DNA of 50,364 nt, from NCBI RefSeq assembly GCF_001194135.2, contig NC_068985.1, positions 105,560,306 to 105,610,669 on the forward strand. Reading direction: 5' to 3'. Below, in pieces: positions 22,371 through 35,436 of the stretch. The notes below the pieces were generated by a model. That model was not told the origin of the DNA. It ran no database searches and worked only from the letters and a program-made list of their open reading frames with translations. The DNA is from Octopus bimaculoides (lineage: Eukaryota). Each line of letters opens with the position of its first letter. Position 1 is the stretch's first letter. The position numbers and the translations under genes were made by a program.

Positions 22371-23953
22371 TCCACTGCAAACAAGGCTAAAACTTAACAA
22401 AATATTTTTATTCACCGACCACGTTTCACTATTAGCGACGCTGGTGTTTTACAGCACCAAAATTAAATTGTACACACACAAACAACCACCCCCATATATA
22501 TGTATATATATATATATATATATATANNNNNNNNNNNNNNNNNNNNNNNNNNNNNNNNNNNNNNNNNNNNNNNNNNNNNNNNNNNNNNNNNNNNNNNNNN
22601 NNNNNNNNNNNNNNNNNNNNNNNNNNNNNNNNNNNNNNNNNNNNNNNNNNNNNNNNNNNNNNNNNNNNNNNNNNNNNNNNNNNNNNNNNNNNNNNNNNNN
22701 NNNNNNNNNNNNNNNNNNNNNNNNNNNNNNNNNNNNNNNNNNNNNNNNNNNNNNNNNNNNNNNNNNNNNNNNNNNNNNNNNNNNNNNNNNNNNNNNNNNN
22801 NNNNNNNNNNNNNNNNNNNNNNNNNNNNNNNNNNNNNNNNNNNNNNNNNNNNNNNNNNNNNNNNNNNNNNNNNNNNNNNNNNNNNNNNNNNNNNNNNNNN
22901 NNNNNNNNNNNNNNNNNNNNNNNNNNNNNNNNNNNNNNNNNNNNNNNNNNNNNNNNNNNNNNNNNNNNNNNNNNNNNNNNNNNNNNNNNNNNNNNNNNNN
23001 NNNNNNNNNNNNNNNNNNNNNNNNNNNNNNNNNNNNNNNNNNNNNNNNNNNNNNNNNNNNNNNNNNNNNNNNNNNNNNNNNNNNNNNNNNNNNNNNNNNN
23101 NNNNNNNNNNNNNNNNNNNNNNNNNNNNNNNNNNNNNNNNNNNNNNNNNNNNNNNNNNNNNNNNNNNNNNNNNNNNNNNNNNNNNNNNNNNNNNNNNNNN
23201 NNNNNNNNNNNNNNNNNNNNNNNNNNNNNNNNNNNNNNNNNNNNNNNNNNNNNNNNNNNNNNNNNNNNATATATATATATATACATATATATATTTGTGA
23301 TGGAATCTCCTATCGGAGACAACGTTTGAGTGTTCAGCGAGAAGACAAAAGAAAAGAATACCAATATATATATATGTGTGTGCGTGTTATATATATATAT
23401 GTATACATACATACATAATTTGTTAGCTTCACCAGATGACGGCATCGCTTGTTTCCGGTAGTCTTCAGCCAGAAAATAATTTACAAGCTCATCATGTAAG
23501 TTAGTCAATCAAAAGATTCCAACACACAAACAGCAACGTCCTGTCAATAAAATGACGTTATGGATGTCACGAGGGAGAAAAGTGCCAGGAAATACTTATC
23601 AACGTGACTGAGCAAAAGTGTAAATTCCACTGAAAAGAATGATTCCTGACTGCTGTGTGTCTCCCAGTGTGATAAGATCTAATTTGTCACAAGATACAAA
23701 AAAGCATTTATCATGAGTCAAGATCTTCAAGCTTAGATATAAATACGTTTAAACATTGAGATGCTGGGACATAAAGAACGGCTTCTTTTAAACTGCAGTA
23801 ACAGAAGCAACAGCGGCAACAGTAACAGATTAATTCGCAGAGAGAGAAACTGTCAGCGTAGGAAAAAGATTTATCCTGTACACGTATCCTGTACATGTAC
23901 ATGGTTTGTATGTTCGTATGTGCCCACTATATGTGTGTATGTTTGTGTGTATG

Positions 23954-24011
<58 letters not shown>

Positions 24012-24556
24012 CATTCTTTAGATACACTTTCCAAGAATCTTGTACGAAATCATTCGTAGAATGTAGTGAGATTTGTTTGACTGATGCTAGATTGTCTTGT
24101 TTAACTTGTTTGTTACCATGCTTTGTTTTTAAAATCAGTTATGGTAGCATAAGCGTAGCTAAATGGAGGCGAGGGAATGTTCCACCCCAGGTAACGCTTT
24201 TATGAGAACGGCACTTTTGGGTCTGCTTTATAACCCTGAATATGTATGGGGTGGTGGACAGAAAACTCAAGGGCTTCCACAGACAGTACACTATCTAGCA
24301 ACACCATAGATGGATACTTTTTTTTTATCAGATTCCATGTATACGATTTATTAAAGCGTAATAACTAATAAAGTATTTTCTGTACTGAAGAGTGGTCACC
24401 AAATATGCTCTTATGCATCGTTTTACTGGATTTATTTTCATCGATCACAAACTGTTCATGTAACTATGTACCCTCCTACTGTTTTCCGATTTCGTATTTT
24501 ACTCATACTAAGTGACAATGTCATTGGTATTAAGTATCGTTAATGTTGCAGTTCCC

Positions 24557-24750
24557 ACCAAGGCGGTGAGCAGGTAGCATTTCGTCCATCTTTACGTTCT
24601 GAGTTAAAATGCTCAAATGCTGCCGAGGTCGACCTCACCTTTGATCCTTTCGGGGGCGGTAAAATAAGTACCAGTTGAGTACTGGAGTCGATGTAATCGA
24701 CTTATACCCTCCCTCGACATTGTTCGCCTTGTGCCAAAACTTGAAATCAA
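24557..24750 (+). mobile_element. SINE family A (5' partly deleted)
   Basis: aaggcggtgagc..gccgaggtcgacctcacctttgatcctttcggg..taagtaccagtt. Confidence 0.8.
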
Positions 24751-24809
24751 TATTGTAGTTTCCACCACAATATCCAGTCCTTGATGCAGTGTGGTGGTGG
24801 TGTGTGTGT

Positions 24810-24960
24810 GTGCCTCAATGACCCTGAGAACTGTGCTGGCGGAGTGCAAGCTTCTGATAGGGTCTCCCACGTTAGTCAGTTCAAAGAATAAAGGCCAACC
24901 TAACATAGACTAACTCTTCTTCCTAGAAATAAAAATGGGTTTGCGTACCCTACATTAAAA
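24810..24960 (+). mobile_element. Probable RTE-clade LINE 5'-region fragment
   Basis: cctcaatgaccctgagaactgtgctggcggag..ctgatagggtctcccacg..caggtcaaag-like segment; resembles RTE 5' UTRs from memory only. Confidence 0.35.
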
Positions 24961-25639
24961 AAAAAAAAAATCAACGTTACAGAAGTACCGATGACGTTTC
25001 AAAACCAATAAGATTTGAGAGAAGAAAGTCTTCGCTGAGGGAAACATGGCGCAGTGCAACAAAATCAGAAAGCAAAGATCCAACTGGAGAAAAGCAGTAA
25101 AGACAGCCCAACTTTCTGATCATTTCTAAATTTCAGATTAATTCATTTTTTAAAATTCTTATTATGTGTCGCCAGTGTTTATTGTTTGTAAGCGTTTAAA
25201 TCATATTTGAGGGTTATCAACTTATGTTCAAGTGTTTTCTATTTGTTGTTTCCTTAATAAATCTCCCCGCGTAAACTAGAGCCAACCGTACTTTAACAAA
25301 TGTTTCATACGTTTCTAGAATATTCACTTTAGAGGATTCGGGAAGAGATTTTGAAACTGTTTGTTTCCATGACATCCTTTAAAATATTCTTTTTTCGATC
25401 ATAAAGATAATATAATATAAATCTAAAGTTTATTTTACTTGAAAATTTATCAATTGTTGGATATAAACAGAAGCTTAGTGAAATTTTTAGAAAATTGTGG
25501 TGACAAACTGTCTGTGTGATTAGCTTTTTTTCTATTTTTTTCTCTACAAATAAAACATTTTCTTTTCCTTTAAACTGTCTTCTGTTTTTTAAATTAATCT
25601 CCAGTTGGTTGTACTTGTCTCTTCCTTTGCATCTGATGT

Positions 25640-25950
25640 TGCTGCTGTTGTGGACGCTGCTGCTGTAGCTGCTGCGGCTAGTGCTGCTGCTGCTGCTGCT
25701 GCTGCCACTGCTACTGCTACTACTTTCTACTATAGCTAGATACTGATAATACTCATAATGACGACGACGACGACGATGATGATGATGATGATGATGATGA
25801 TGAAGGTAGTGATGGTGACAAAGACGACGACAACGACCGCGATGATGAAGAGGATGAAGATGACGACGACAACGATAATGATGATTATGACGACAATGAT
25901 GACGATGATGATAACGATGATGGTGTTGTTGTTGTTGTTGCTCTTCTTTT
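25640..25950. repeat. Mosaic trinucleotide repeat (CTG/CTA/GAC/GAT/GTT)
   Basis: Direct reading; explains ORFs 25329..25955 and 25758..25952. Confidence 0.9.
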
Positions 25951-26156
25951 AGCACGTAATAGTGCTTCTAAAGAAATTTCTCGTTCCCAATTCCATTGTT
26001 AGTTGTAACACAGATCCTGGTTGCGTCTCAGTTTTGTTATTTAGTGTCACTGTAACAGCAATTCTGCTTGAGCTCTTTGTCGATCCAAATCGTCTCTCTT
26101 CAACTTCTTTCTTAACTGCTGGTTGTATATTATTTGCATAAATTGTACGTACGTAC

Positions 26157-26192
<36 letters not shown>

Positions 26193-26845
26193 ATACTACT
26201 ACTGCTACTACTACTACTACAGGAATATCCAATAGATGGATTTTATGGAAATATGGAAATATCGTATACTCTTGTACTAATAAGAAAATAAAGTCCCTCA
26301 AAATAAGGAAAAAAGAAACAAAATGAAAATACAAACCNNNNNNNNNNNNNNNNNNNNNNNNNNNNNNNNNNNNNNNNNNNNNNNNNNNNNNNNNNNNNNN
26401 NNNNNNNNNNNNNNNNNNNNNNNNNNNNNNNNNNNNNNNNNNNNNNNNNNNNNNNNNNNNNNNNNNNNNNNNNNNNNNNNNNNNNNNNNNNNNNNNNNNN
26501 NNNNNNNNNNNNNNNNNNNNNNNNNNNNNNNNNNNNNNNNNNNNNNNNNNNNNNNNNNNNNNNNNNNNNNNNNNNNNNNNNNNNNNNNNNNNNNNNNNNN
26601 NNNNNNNNNNNNNNNNNNNNNNNNNNNNNNNNNNNNNNNNNNNNNNNNNNNNNNNNNNNNNNNNNNNNNNNNNNNNNNNNNNNNNNNNNNNNNNNNNNNN
26701 NNNNNNNNNNNNNNNNNNNNNNNNNNNNNNNNNNNNNNNNNNNNNNNNNNNNNNNNNNNNNNNNNNNNNNNNNNNNNNNNNNNNNNNNNNNNNNNNNNNN
26801 NNNNNNNNNNNNNNNNNNNNNNNNNNNNNNNNNNNNNNNNNNNNN

Positions 26846-26882
<37 letters not shown>

Positions 26883-27494
26883 CATACATACATACATACA
26901 TACATTCATATGCATATATATGAAATACAACTCGATGCAATTAGCTGTAAACCTTGATTTATAACTGAGCGTTCGTAAGGTACTCGCCTGGATACTTTAT
27001 CCCTATCTATTCATTATGTATGTATGTATGTATGTACTAATAAATTTAACATCAAAAGTTGTCATAAATTCTATGAAATCTAATGCGACTGCTTCAGAAA
27101 TAACTATGATCCGAATTTTTTTGGTCTGAATTACCTCCTATTTTATATAAAAACGTCAACACACATTCAGTTTTTCATGTCAAATGCGAAAATCACAGCC
27201 ATTTTGGAGAGAAATTAAAAATAAAATAGATATGAATTTTTAACAGCTAGATTTTTTTTTTTCGCTATCTTAGGTAATTAAACTTATCTATTCTCGACGT
27301 CCCAACCAGTAAACTATATTATATATAATATATTCCCGTATCAACCAGCTGAAGCCGTTCTGAGGTTAAAGTTAGGGAGTTAAGGTTAGGGTTTGTAGTT
27401 CATCGCAAAATTTCATTGCAACGGTTAACTTATTTTATTTTATTTTCCTTCATTAAATATTTTCCTCTGTAAAGGTTTTGTAACGTTTTTATAT

Positions 27495-27754
27495 TATTAC
27501 TCTTTTACTCTTTTACTTATTTCAGTCATTTGACTGCGGCCATGCTGGAGCACCACCTTTAGTCGAGCAAATCGACCCCGGGACTTATTCTTTGTAAGCC
27601 TAGTACTTATTCCATCGGTCTCTTTTGCCGAATCGCTAAGTGACGGGGACATAAACACACCAGCATCGGTTGTCAAGCAATGCTAGGGGGACAAACACAG
27701 ACACAAAAACACACACACATATATATATTCATATACATATATACGACGGGCTTC
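27495..27754 (-). mobile_element. SINE family B, 3' half (runs into N gap)
   Basis: High identity to the reverse complement of 29330-29590. Confidence 0.9.
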
Positions 27755-28998
27755 NNNNNNNNNNNNNNNNNNNNNNNNNNNNNNNNNNNNNNNNNNNNNN
27801 NNNNNNNNNNNNNNNNNNNNNNNNNNNNNNNNNNNNNNNNNNNNNNNNNNNNNNNNNNNNNNNNNNNNNNNNNNNNNNNNNNNNNNNNNNNNNNNNNNNN
27901 NNNNNNNNNNNNNNNNNNNNNNNNNNNNNNNNNNNNNNNNNNNNNNNNNNNNNNNNNNNNNNNNNNNNNNNNNNNNNNNNNNNNNNNNNNNNNNNNNNNN
28001 NNNNNNNNNNNNNNNNNNNNNNNNNNNNNNNNNNNNNNNNNNNNNNNNNNNNNNNNNNNNNNNNNNNNNNNNNNNNNNNNNNNNNNNNNNNNNNNNNNNN
28101 NNNNNNNNNNNNNNNNNNNNNNNNNNNNNNNNNNNNNNNNNNNNNNNNNNNNNNNNNNNNNNNNNNNNNNNNNNNNNNNNNNNNNNNNNNNNNNNNNNNN
28201 NNNNNNNNNNNNNNNNNNNNNNNNNNNNNNNNNNNNNNNNNNNNNNNNNNNNNNNNNNNNNNNNNNNNNNNNNNNNNNNNNNNNNNNNNNNNNNNNNNNN
28301 NNNNNNNNNNNNNNNNNNNNNNNNNNNNNNNNNNNNNNNNNNNNNNNNNNNNNNNNNNNNNNNNNNNNNNNNNNNNNNNNNNNNNNNNNNNNNNNNNNNN
28401 NNNNNNNNNNNNNNNNNNNNNNNNNNNNNNNNNNNNNNNNNNNNNNNNNNNNNNNNNNNNNNNNNNNNNNNNNNNNNNNNNNNNNNNNNNNNNNNNNNNN
28501 NNNNNNNNNNNNNNNNNNNNNNNNNNNNNNNNNNNNNNNNNNNNNNNNNNNNNNNNNNNNNNNATATATATTAACATCGTTGTTGTTAAAAGCCATATTG
28601 CTTGCAGAGGTAATCAGAGTTTCTGTTATTCGTGATAATAAAAGAATAGCCAATTACTGAAAATTGCTGGTAAGTAAATAGCATGAATATTTGAACAGTA
28701 ACCCGAAAAAACCGGTGAGTAGACTATTACACCAAAGTACATCTGATTATAATGTTACAAGCGTATTTATGTGTATCTAAGTATGTCTCTGTTCTTGACG
28801 TTTATTAAAGTGCTAAATTTGAGTAGCAGAGAAAGAAACGGTTCCACAAGAAATTACTGGAATTTAGACGAGGTTCCGCAGATCATATTTATGTGTTTGT
28901 GTATTTAATTACTCCCATAAACTTGTGTGATTATGTATTTCCAACGGAGAACGTTTAGAATATTTCAGGAGTGCTCAAACGCTAAACTGTTAATGGAA

Positions 28999-29070
<72 letters not shown>

Positions 29071-29194
29071 NNNNNNNNNNNNNNNNNNNNNNNNNNNNNN
29101 NNNNNNNNNNNNNNNNNNNNNNNNNNNNNNNNNNNNNNNNNNNNNNNNNNNNNNNNNNNNNNNNNNNNNNNNNNGTGTGTGTGTGGCTGTGTGT

Positions 29195-29590
29195 GTGTGG
29201 CTGTGTGGTAAGTAGCTTGCTTACCAACCTCATGGTTCCGGGTTCAGTCCGACTGCGTGGCACCTTGGGCAAGTGTCTTCTCCTATAGCCTCGGGCCGAC
29301 CAAAGCCTTGTGAGTGGATTTGGTAGACGGAAACTGAAAGAAACCTGTCGCATATATGTATATGTATATATATATGCGTGTGTGTTTGTATGTCTGTGTT
29401 TGTCCCCCCAACATCGCTTGACAACCGATGCTGGTGTGTTTACGTCCCCGTAACTTAGCGGTTCGGCAAAAGATACCGATAGAGTACTAGGATTACAAAG
29501 AATAAGTCCTGGGGTCGATTTGCTCGATTAAAGGCGGTGCTCCAGCATGGCCGCAGTCAAATGAGTGAAACAAGTAAAAGAGTAAAAGGG
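29195..29590 (+). mobile_element. SINE family B, near-full copy
   Basis: ggctgtgtggtaagtagcttgc..ggttcagtcc..gcaccttgggcaagtgtcttc (CORE-like)..tail ggcggtgctccagcatggccgcagtcaaatgagtgaaacaagtaaaagagtaaaag. Confidence 0.92.
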
Positions 29591-31274
29591 TATGTGTGTG
29601 GATATGTGAATGTGTGTGTGTGTGTGTATGTATTTATATTTGCATAGGTATGCATTTATATTTGTATAAGTATACATTTCTATTTGCGTTATTTATGTAT
29701 TTATATTTGTGTATGTAGGCATTTATATTTTCCAATGACATAAAATCTGAAGAGAAGTAACACTAAGTACGAAGTTCTATTTTAAGCTTACCTCTAATTC
29801 ATTCTCTTACAATAAACAATAGTGATAGAACTTAAATATAGCACAACAGAAAATGTGCACTTCATCGGGATATTAACATACAAAACCAGTTTTTCATTTC
29901 ATTTTTATATCAGCTATTTTCTCCTAACGTCACTAATTCTTTGATGTTTCATAGCGAACGTATGGTATTATAAACACTTCCGTTTGGCTTTCAGAACATG
30001 TTGATGGAACTAAATACCGATGATGAATCCAAAAAATATCTTGTAATAATCCTGCTTGTCGTTGTGTTACTTAGCCCGTCGGTAACGCTTTCATTTGGTT
30101 AGAGAAAGTGAGAAAAATAAAAGAGGGAGAGAGAGATAGAGGGAGAGAGAAGCGTCCATGACGTGAGGTAGAGGGAATGTAATTGTAACGCTTTCACGTG
30201 ATTAATTAAAGGGAAAGAGAGGAGAAAGAAAACGGAGAGAGAAAAAGAGGATAAGGCCAAGAGTGAGATAGAAAGAGGGAGAAAGAAAGAGAGGGAGAGA
30301 GAGAAAGATGGAGAGCGAAAAAGAGGGAGAGAGAAGCGTCCATGACGTGAGGTAGGGGGAATGTAATAATTTTAGCAGGGGGTTAATGTTCTAATGGTGA
30401 GTTTGAAGGCAGAGACAGAGAGGGGAAGACAGAAAGAGAGGGGAAGACAGCGAGAGGGGGAGAGGGGAAGAGAGTGGTGGTGGTGGTGGTGGTGGTGATT
30501 GGATAGTGAAAAGTGTATTTATTTTAATTGAAATAGGTTTTTTATATTACCTATCACTTAACGCATGTGCATATGTACAATTCCGTGAAATATTCCCGCT
30601 TACTTACNNNNNNNNNNNNNNNNNNNNNNNNNNNNNNNNNNNNNNNNNNNNNNNNNNNNNNNNNNNNNNNNNNNNNNNNNNNNNNNNNNNNNNNNNNNNN
30701 NNNNNNNNNNNNNNNNNNNNNNNNNNNNNNNNNNNNNNNNNNNNNNNNNNNNNNNNNNNNNNNNNNNNNNNNNNNNNNNNNNNNNNNNNNNNNNNNNNNN
30801 NNNNNNNNNNNNNNNNNNNNNNNNNNNNNTAGTAGTGATGCTGGTGGTGGTGGTGGTGGTGGTGATTGGATAGTGAAAAGTGTATTTATTTTAATTGAAA
30901 TAGGTTTTTTATATTACCTATCACTTAACGCATGTGCATATGTACAATTCCGTGAAATATTCCCGCTTACTTACGTGGTAGATATATGCAATTTAACTAA
31001 AGGTTGTATCATATGTACGGGATATTTTTTTGTTTTCTTTGGTTTATGGGAAAAATGAAAAATTAAGAGTGAATATTTATTTTATGAGTGCTGTATATTA
31101 AGTCTATAAAATTATGTATAAAGTATATAAAGGGCATTAAGTAATCATCGTATCCCAATTTCTTTCACTTTTCAACAAGTAACAGATGAGCGAATATCTT
31201 TCCATACAGATACAACACAGGCTACATTTTCAGGTTTTTTAGATGAAGTTTTCAGAAACAACACAATAAGTTTA

Positions 31275-31420
31275 CCACCTTGAAGGGTTTAGTCAAACAA
31301 ATCGACCCAAGAACGTTTTGTAAGTCTGGTACTTATTCCATCGCACTCTCTTTGATGAACTGTTAAGTTACGGAAACGTAAGCAAACTGACACCGGTGAT
31401 GGGCACAAATGCAAACACAA
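31275..31420 (-). mobile_element. SINE family B fragment
   Basis: ttagtcaaacaaatcgaccc..gtaagtctggtacttattccatc..ctgttaagttacgg. Confidence 0.7.
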
Positions 31421-31499
31421 AGTCATACATACATACATACATACATACATACATACACGTGCACACACACACATATTTATATATGTGTGCGTGTGTGAT

Positions 31500-31678
31500 C
31501 AACTGGAACTTATTTTATAGACCCTGAATGGCTGAAAAGCAAAGTCGATCTCGGCGGAATTTGAACTCAGAACGTAAAGACGGACAAAATGCCGCTGAGT
31601 ATTTTGCCAGGTATGCTAACGACTCTGCCAGCTCGGCACCTTAACAACAACAACAACAACAACAACAACAAAAATAAA

Positions 31679-31710
<32 letters not shown>

Positions 31711-31857
31711 TGATAATAATAATCCTTTCGGCAATGGACACAATGCCTGAAACTTAGGGGAGGAGCAATTCGATTACATTGATCACAGAGCTCAACTGCT
31801 ACTTATTTCATCGACCCTGAAAGGATGAAAAGGCAAAGACGACCTCAGCAGAATTTG
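31500..31857 (-). mobile_element. Two tandem SINE A pieces separated by (CAA)/(TAA) repeats
   Basis: 31500-31642 and 31722-31857. Confidence 0.8.
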
Positions 31858-31969
31858 ATGAGAAGGAGAGAAGGAGAAAGGAAAAGGAAAAGAAAATGAA
31901 ATTGGGAGAAGAAAATGAAGAAGACTAAGAAAAGGTGATGAAGGAAGCAGCAACAGCAGCAGAAGCAGC

Positions 31970-32045
31970 GGAAGAAGAAGAAGAAGAAGAAGAAGAAGAA
32001 GAAGAAGAAGAAGAAGAAGAAGAAGAAGAAGAAGAAGAAGAAGAA
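31970..32045. repeat. (GAA)n microsatellite
   Basis: Direct reading. Confidence 0.97.
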
Positions 32046-32594
32046 TTGTGATGATGATGATCAAAGGCATTTAGTTTTGAGTCGTATCGTTTCTGATTTT
32101 TCACCCCCACTCTAGAAACGGGGAAATTTTCTAAATACGCCAGGTGGAGAATTTGCAGACGAGATGTATGTCTAACCGATTAAAAAAAAAAGAAAGACCT
32201 AGTACATGCTTGCTACTTATCTTATCGACCTCTGGAAATACGAAATGTAATGGAATTAAATACTGCGAAAACATTTAGTTGGCACTCTATTGTTTCTGTC
32301 AGTCCTTTGCCTTACTCGTAAAGACAAAAAATAAGGATAAATAAAGAGTGGAATCGATATCTCCAAGACACAAAAGAAAATTATAAAAAGAGACAACTAT
32401 TTGCAATGAATTTGAATTAGAAAATCGTTGTTCGATAAAAATTGCGAAGTGGATTTCAACAGGGAGATTATTTCGTTTATCCATCAGGTACTGAGTAAAT
32501 CCATCTCCCCTTCAGAGAATCCATCAGCTATAAGAATCGGATTACGAAGCAGTGTTTGCGTCGTGGTTATGGCATGTGAAGATTGAATAGATTG

Positions 32595-32596
32595 GG

Positions 32597-32637
<41 letters not shown>

Positions 32638-32642
32638 AAGAG

Positions 32643-32673
<31 letters not shown>

Positions 32674-33037
32674 AAGAGAGAGAAAGATGAGAAAGATGAG
32701 AGAGAAAGCTGAGAGAGAGAGAGAGAAAGATGAGAAAGATGAGAGAGAGAGAAAGCTAAGAGAGAGAGAGAGAGAGAGAAAGATGAGAAAGAGAGAAAGA
32801 TGAGAGAGAGAGAGAAAGAGAGAGAAAGCTGAGAGAGAGAGAGAGAGAGAGAAAGATGAGAGAGAGAGAGAGAGAGAGAGAAAGATGAGAGAGAGAGAGA
32901 GAGAGAGATGAGAGAGAAAGAGAGAAAGATCAGAGAGAAAGACCAGAGAGATGAGAGACAGACAGACAGACAGATAGAGGGGAGAGATGAGAGAGACAGA
33001 CAGACAAACAGACAGGCAGTCAGACAGACAGACAGAC

Positions 33038-33106
<69 letters not shown>

Positions 33107-33118
33107 GATAGATAGACA

Positions 33119-33156
<38 letters not shown>

Positions 33157-33195
33157 CGGGCAGATAGATAGATAGACAGATAGACAGACAGTAGA
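32595..33195. repeat. Compound GA/GATA/GACA/GGCA simple repeat
   Basis: Direct reading. Confidence 0.95.
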
Positions 33196-33840
33196 GAAGG
33201 ATACGGGTGAAGATTTATACAGAAGGATCCGTGAGCAGCTGTCTTAAAGCGAATATAAGGGTCATTTTGATCGTGAAAGGATACAATCGGCTTCAGTATC
33301 TAAATTTTCATATCTGGATAGATGGACGTCAGAGTCGTCACATGCGGCATCTGGACGCAGAATGTAGAAGCAAGACATTGGATTTACTACAGTGTTAAAC
33401 GAGCACTGACACTCCACCACCATGAAAAAGGATTGGAATGAGACACTTGAGTCTTAGAACAAACAGAAATGACAAGCGCCGAGACGATATTCATCAGACA
33501 TCAGCTGCACTAGAATGACTATGTTCAAAGGATGGACATCAAACGACTACTGAGATGACATCATGAAAAGAATAGAAGACGTTTTGGTACAGCCGTTTCG
33601 GCGCCGCTGATTCAACGCTGACTTATTTTACATCAGACGTTTTAATGTTTCGCTCCTCTTTTCTCTACTTCACTACTTCTTACACTACTCCAACCACTCT
33701 CTATCTTTCTCTCATTCTCATTCTCTCTCCTCTCTCTCCCTCTCTATCCTCTCTCTCCCTCTCTCTCCTCTCTCTTTCTCTCTCTTCATATGTGTGGTTA
33801 TGAGTCCTCCTACCCCCACCTCTTTTCCTTCACTACAAGC

Positions 33841-33888
33841 TAAGCTGTCACGGATGTTTAGCAAGAGCTAAACACCCGTGGCAGCTTA
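33841..33888. other. 22-bp near-perfect hairpin with 4-nt loop
   Basis: taagctgtcacggatgtttagc-aaga-gctaaacacccgtggcagctta; one G.U pair, one A.C mismatch. Confidence 0.9.
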
Positions 33889-33949
33889 CTCTACAGCAAA
33901 CACTCTACAGCACACACCGACCATAAGTTGCTTTGGTGGTTTAACTTCA

Positions 33950-34070
33950 GGGAACCCTTGATCTGACTGACCTGTGATTAAAAGCAGTCCAGCTGTGACC
34001 ATCCCGTCATTTTAGGAGTATGTACGACTACGTTATCCAATGTATCCAAGACGTCAGCGAGTGGTTTGGC
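33950..34070 (-). mobile_element. SINE-like family C fragment
   Basis: cttgatctgactgacctgtgattaaaagcagtccagctgtgaccatcccgtc..actacgttatccaatgt. Confidence 0.65.
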
Positions 34071-34277
34071 GGAAATTTGACTGCTATTTATTGCAGCTCG
34101 AGCAACTACACAGACACTCTACCAGCCTGTCCGTCTGTCTGTCTCTCTCTCTCTCTCTAGCTCTTTCTCTCTCTCTAGCTCTTTCTCTCTCTCCTAGCTC
34201 TTTCTCTCTCTCTCTCTCTCTCTCTCNNNNNNNNNNCTAGCTCTTTCTCTCTCTCTAGCTCTTTCTCTCTCTCCTAG

Positions 34278-34316
<39 letters not shown>

Positions 34317-34439
34317 GCTCTTTCTCTCTCTCTCTAGCTCTTTCTCTCCCTCTCTCTAGCTCTTTCTCTCTCTCTCTCACTATCTCACCCTGGATAGGTT
34401 GTCGTTTTTTGTTGGTGGTGGTACCGATGTTGTTGTTGC

Positions 34440-34668
34440 TGTTGCTATCATTGAACGTCTGGTCAACGCTGATCGAGCAGACCAATCAATGATCAAAGGC
34501 ACTCCATCCGTGACCATCTTATCATTCTTCATCTGGATGACGTAGTCCCACGAAGTCGAAGACTACATCATCCAGTGTTCTCCCTTTATTTAAGAAGATA
34601 ATGTTTTATTTGAGGGAAAAGTGGCTGCTATTTCTAGCAGTCGAACAACTGCGCATAGACTCTCCTTT
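34440..34668 (-). mobile_element. SINE-like family C copy
   Basis: ctgatcgagcagacc..tgatcaaaggcactcc..gtgaccatc..tttgagggaaaagtggctgctatttctagcagtcgaac. Confidence 0.7.
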
Positions 34669-34769
34669 TGGTTATTCGATACAGCTACGTCTTTCTCCGT
34701 GACTTTCAGGGAGGGTGAAAACAAAAAAAGAAGAAAATTACTAGGCATCAATCGAAACCAGTTCGCAAG

Positions 34770-34858
34770 TCGTAGTAGTAGTAGTAGGGGTGGTGGTGGC
34801 GGTGGTGGTCTGGTGCGGTGGTTAGTCGTTGTCGTCATCGTCATAGTAGTAGTAGTAA

Positions 34859-34892
<34 letters not shown>

Positions 34893-34981
34893 TGTAGTAG
34901 TTGTAGTAGTAGTAGTTGTTGTAATTGTAATGGTTGTGGTAATGGTGGTGGTGCAGTGATTACTCGTCGTCGTCGTCGTCA

Positions 34982-35012
<31 letters not shown>

Positions 35013-35308
35013 TGTTGTTGTTGTTGTTGTAGTTGTTGTTGTTGTTGTTGTAATGGTAATGGTAGTAGTAATGGTTGTAGTAATGGTGGTGGTGCAGTGA
35101 TTACTCGTCGTCGTCATCTTCATAGTAGTGGTGGTGGTGGTCGTCGTCGTCGTCGTTGTCGTGGTGGTGGTGGTGGTGGTGGTGGTTGCAGTAGTAGTAG
35201 TAGTAGTAATAGTAGTAGTAGTAACAACAGCAACAACAGTGGGAACAGCAAAGCGGTAATATGACAAACAATATCAGCCGTCATTTGATATAAACTACAG
35301 CAGCAACT

Positions 35309-35339
<31 letters not shown>

Positions 35340-35390
35340 CAACAGCAGCAGCATAACAGTAGCAGCAGCAACAGTAATCACAATACAGCA
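34770..35390. repeat. Mosaic trinucleotide repeat with 141-bp higher-order duplication
   Basis: gcagtgattactcgtcg at 34953 and 35094. Confidence 0.9.
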
Positions 35391-35436
35391 AACGTATCTG
35401 TAGCAGTAGCACTATCTGCAATAACAGCCGCTTCAT

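Noticed and set aside
23420-23475. CTGAAGA..GAAAC..GTC on minus strand
   Set aside because: 1-bp stem II and stem I mismatch.
25329-25955. 208-aa His/Ser/Gln-rich ORF
   Set aside because: Translation of a trinucleotide mosaic; no domain signal.
27360-27395. Degenerate TTAGGG-like units
   Set aside because: Only two exact units; element boundaries unclear.
30470-30974. Exact ~135-bp direct repeat (30470-30607 / 30845-30974)
   Set aside because: Flanks an N gap; most likely overlapping contig ends (assembly artefact).
34590-35371. Thr-rich mucin-like and Ser/Cys/Gly ORFs
   Set aside because: Trinucleotide slippage keeps frames open on both strands; no splice or domain support.
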